From assembly GCA_041737835.1 (NCBI GenBank), contig JBGSQY010000031.1: 64,000 bases of DNA; one strand, given 5' to 3'. Shown here piece by piece: positions 60,637-64,000 of this stretch. The position numbers were made by a program, and so were the translations under genes. The notes beneath the pieces were generated by a model. It worked only from the letters and a program-made list of their open reading frames with translations, was not told the origin of the DNA and did not search any database. The stretch is from Bythopirellula sp. Its GTDB lineage: Bacteria; Planctomycetota; Planctomycetia; Pirellulales; Lacipirellulaceae. Positions within the stretch are counted from its first letter, which is position 1. Every line of letters starts with the position of its first letter.

Positions 60637-61509
60637 CTATCTCTTGCGGATAAAGCCCAACATAGCCCCAGCTGCGGCCAACAAGGCGAAGCTGGCTGGC
60701 TCAGGGACAGCCGTAAAAGCTGGATTCGGAGCCGATGCGAAGAAGTTGTTGATGACAAAACCGAAGTCGGTGTTGTTGACAACGCCATCGCTGTTGAAGT
60801 CGCCTTGATCCCAAGTGCGTGGGCTGGCAAAGAAGTTGTTGATGACATTACCGAAGTCGGTGTTGTTGACAACGCCGTCACGATTCGAGTCACCGAGGAG
60901 CAAGCCATCAACAGCGACCGAGTCACCGCGAACGCCATCACCACCCATCAGGACAATGGCTTCTTCAGGACCACCTGCAGTCATGGCACCACTGCTCCAG
61001 CTTTGACCAGTGCTAGGACCACCACCGGCGCCGGGAAGACTGCCGAACGAAGGACGAGTTGCACCAAAGGCACCTGACATGATTAAGGCCATGTTGTTGT
61101 AGGTAGCGTTGGAACCGAAGAGGTCATCGTTAGGAACATTACCGGGAGTTCCAGCACCATTTCCGACATCAGCAAATTTGCCAACACCAGCAGTCGCGTT
61201 CACATCGTAGCCCCAGACGATTTCGGTCAAGGTGCCCGATTGGCTGGTTTCGATGGGGATACCATCAATGGCGCTGTTGAAGGTTGTTGAACCAAAGGTG
61301 ATGTTGTCGAGGACAACCACCAAAGCCGAAATGCCATTGACATTGTCGGTTTTGGCCAAGAGATCCCAGGTACCGCCACCGGCAGCATTAGCAGGATCGG
61401 TATATCGCAGGTTCAAAGAAAGGCTGATCGTGGCCATTGCTTGGCCAAGGGACATTGCCACGATGGCAACGACACAGAAAGACATTAGTAGGCTTCGCTT
61501 CATGTTCAT
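60637..61509 (-). CDS. PEP-CTERM protein with dockerin-like EF-hand repeat pair
   Basis: GDSNRDGVVNNTDF / GDFNSDGVVNNTDF; VPEPAS. Confidence 0.85.
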   Translation of the reverse strand: MNMKRSLLMSFCVVAIVAMSLGQAMATISLSLNLRYTDPANAAGGGTWDLLAKTDNVNGISALVVVLDNITFGSTTFNSAIDGIPIETSQSGTLTEIVWGYDVNATAGVGKFADVGNGAGTPGNVPNDDLFGSNATYNNMALIMSGAFGATRPSFGSLPGAGGGPSTGQSWSSGAMTAGGPEEAIVLMGGDGVRGDSVAVDGLLLGDSNRDGVVNNTDFGNVINNFFASPRTWDQGDFNSDGVVNNTDFGFVINNFFASAPNPAFTAVPEPASFALLAAAGAMLGFIRKR

Positions 61510-62306
61510 TACTCCAGTTTCCCCATCTCAATAGGTCGAAGATAAATCTTGTTACTAGAATTCCTTGTTTGTTGGGGTTGCGTTCATTGTACTGACGCTG
61601 AACGCGGCGTGCACGCGAAAAATCGATTAAGAATTCAGATTCTGCCCCCGCGTGTGCAATCCGGCTGATTTAACAGCAAATCACTCGAAACTTAGCCACA
61701 CTTCCCACGGGCCAAACTGCCCTAAGTCACCGTGGTGTCCATTTCTCAGAGAAAAACGGCTAAAAACTCCGGATTGCTGACAAGACAAGAAACCCATCAA
61801 CGGCAGACGATCTGCCATTCCTCTCACACTTTACCAAGGAATTGCGGGCTTGCAACAGTTTTGGCAATGGTAAGGGAGAGAAATTTTGGGAAAAAAATCC
61901 GGCCGCATCAGGAAAATGGCGTTTCTTCTTGAGGGGTAAACACTTGCGAATAATGGGGAAGATGTATCTGAAGTGAGAAATTGCGGCTTTTTCTTGGCAC
62001 TCCTGGACTCTTCGCTGGTCCCAAAAGTGCGTCAGCGCAAATTTTGTGCCGAGTGCTAGCACTCGCTATTCCCGCAGCCCTTTTTGTGAACTTGCATGCC
62101 TACGAAACCATCCTCATTTCATGGAAACTCTCCGCCCCGCCCTACCTTTCATGGGGAGGCGGCGTTTGTGATAAAGGCCGGATCAAGAGTTGGTTGTCAC
62201 GCGGAAAACTCGCGATGGCCGACTTGCTTGGCACGCTTTATACTCCCGAGTTCTTAAGTTCAGTCTTTCCCCACCCTAAGCGATCATGCGAGCAGCGCAA
62301 CCGAAC

Positions 62307-64000
62307 ATGTTAAAAGTCACTTTGCCGGATGGTAGTCGGCGTGAATACCCTAGTTCTGTCACTCCTCGTGAAATCGCAGCTGAGATCGGCCCGGGCCTGT
62401 TGAAAGCAGCGATTGCTGCCGAAGTCGATGGCAAGCAGATCGATCTGACCACTCCTTTGCCGAACGATGGCGAAGTGCAGTTGCGCTTGCTCACCAAGCG
62501 CGATGCGGAGTCGCTGGGCATCTTGCGACATTCGTGCGCGCATGTGATGGCCCAAGCGGTGATGCGTTTGCATGAAGGCGTGCAACTTGCCTTTGGCCCT
62601 TCGACCGGAATCGGTTTTTATTACGATTTTCAGCTAAAAAAGCCGCTTTCTGAGGAAGATTTCCCCGCGATCGAAGCCGAGATGGCCAAGATCGTCAAGG
62701 AAGATTTGGCATTTGAGCGTCTGGATGTTGCTAGAGAGAAAGCCCTGTCTATGTGCCAAGAGCTGGGGCAGGAATTCAAGGTCGAGCACATTGAATCAGG
62801 CTTGGCCAATGAGGCGGAATTATCGTTCTATCGGCAAGGAGAATTCCTCGACCTTTGTCGTGGCCGGCATATCCCGAGCACTTCTCACATTGGCAAAGCG
62901 TTCAAGCTGTTGAGCCTTGCCGGAGCGTACTGGAAAGGCGATTCCTCGCGGCCGCAGTTACAGCGTTTGTATGCGACCGCGTTCTTCGACAAGCAAGAAC
63001 TTGAAGATCATTTGCGCCTTCTGGAAGAAGCCAAACGCCGCGATCATCGCGTGCTTGGGAAGCAGCTGGAGCTGTTCACCGTGAACCCGATCGTCGGCTC
63101 GGGTTTGATTCTGTGGCTACCTAAAGGGGCCGTCATTCGTCAGACCTTGGAAGACTATCTCAAGAGCGAGCTCCGCCGCCGGGGGTACGACGCGGTTTAC
63201 ACCCCGAATATCGGCAAAATCGAGCTTTACCAGATTTCCGGGCACTTTCCGTATTACAGCGAGAGCCAATTCCCGCCAATCGATTTGAGCGAACGGGAAG
63301 GGCAAAAGCCGGGAGAAGGGGAGCGGTATCTCCTTAAGCCGATGAATTGCCCGCATCACATCATGATTTACAAGGCGAAACCCCGCTCGTACCGCGATTT
63401 GCCGGTGCGTCTGGCGGAATTTGGCACTGTTTATCGCTACGAGCAATCGGGCGAACTCAGCGGCATGACCCGCGTGCGTGGATTTACCCAGGACGACGCC
63501 CATATTTTCTGCACCGAGGATCAGGTCGCCGACGAGGTCCGTGGTTGCTTGGAAATGACACTGACTGTGCTGAAATCACTGGGCATGGAAAACTACCGCG
63601 TACGGCTTGGTTTCCGCGATCCCGACAGCGACAAGTACGTCGGCAGCAGCGAAGTCTGGGACCGTGCCGAAGCCGCCATTCAGCGCGTGGCTGAGGAAAT
63701 GAACCTGCCAGGTCGCGAGCCTGAGCCGGGCGAGGCAGCATTCTACGGGCCGAAAATCGACTTCGTGGTGACCGATTGCATTGGACGCGAATGGCAATTG
63801 GGGACCGTGCAACTCGACTACAATCTGCCGAGTGCGGAGCGGTTTGCTCTGGAGTACATCGGTGCTGATAACCAGCCCCACCGGCCGGTGATGATTCACA
63901 GAGCGCCGCTCGGCTCGATGGAGCGTTTTGTGGGGGTGTTGATCGAGCATTTTGCGGGGGCATTCCCGCTGTGGTTGGCTCCTGAGCAGGCTCGCATCGT
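62307..64000 (+). CDS. thrS: Threonyl-tRNA synthetase, 3'-partial (not in ORF track)
   Basis: [51 protein letters not shown]. Confidence 0.97.
   Translation, partial: MLKVTLPDGSRREYPSSVTPREIAAEIGPGLLKAAIAAEVDGKQIDLTTPLPNDGEVQLRLLTKRDAESLGILRHSCAHVMAQAVMRLHEGVQLAFGPSTGIGFYYDFQLKKPLSEEDFPAIEAEMAKIVKEDLAFERLDVAREKALSMCQELGQEFKVEHIESGLANEAELSFYRQGEFLDLCRGRHIPSTSHIGKAFKLLSLAGAYWKGDSSRPQLQRLYATAFFDKQELEDHLRLLEEAKRRDHRVLGKQLELFTVNPIVGSGLILWLPKGAVIRQTLEDYLKSELRRRGYDAVYTPNIGKIELYQISGHFPYYSESQFPPIDLSEREGQKPGEGERYLLKPMNCPHHIMIYKAKPRSYRDLPVRLAEFGTVYRYEQSGELSGMTRVRGFTQDDAHIFCTEDQVADEVRGCLEMTLTVLKSLGMENYRVRLGFRDPDSDKYVGSSEVWDRAEAAIQRVAEEMNLPGREPEPGEAAFYGPKIDFVVTDCIGREWQLGTVQLDYNLPSAERFALEYIGADNQPHRPVMIHRAPLGSMERFVGVLIEHFAGAFPLWLAPEQARI

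Noticed and set aside
57492-61509. Diversity-generating retroelement or CRISPR array behind the repeats
   Set aside because: No reverse transcriptase in the window, differences are not adenine-specific, and there is no repeat-spacer periodicity

Overview
Chromosomal window from a planctomycete; the gene content (DUF1501/DUF1553 pair, DUF1570, H4MPT formyltransferase, PEP-CTERM array) suggests Pirellulales (inference). Bases 1-14352 are one end of an integrative element inserted at tRNA-Lys(CTT), and its other end lies left of the window. It carries a tyrosine integrase, two excisionase-like HTH genes, a 5'-truncated VirD4-like coupling protein, a RepC-family replication initiator with a candidate antisense ctRNA, a RelE/HigA-type TA module, an ArdC remnant, and a tightly coupled operon: HTH regulator, hsdR, hsdM, hsdS, then a Cap4-type nuclease resembling Lamassu LmuA. 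That last ORF is missing from the supplied track because it runs off the window. The rest is mostly core and planctomycete-typical: S1 paralogue, fhcD, tolC-marR-macA-macB preceded by a Cys-rich repeat protein, bcp, rsfS, argS, PIN/TRAM-dgt-HIT, scpA, a pentameric ligand-gated channel, tRNA-Gly(CCC), ECF/anti-sigma, DUF1501/DUF1553, a lone HEPN-like gene, cutA, CHAD, phoA, sulP, five tandem mosaic PEP-CTERM genes and a partial thrS. No CRISPR array or rRNA was seen. All family calls come from motif recognition by eye; no database searches were run.
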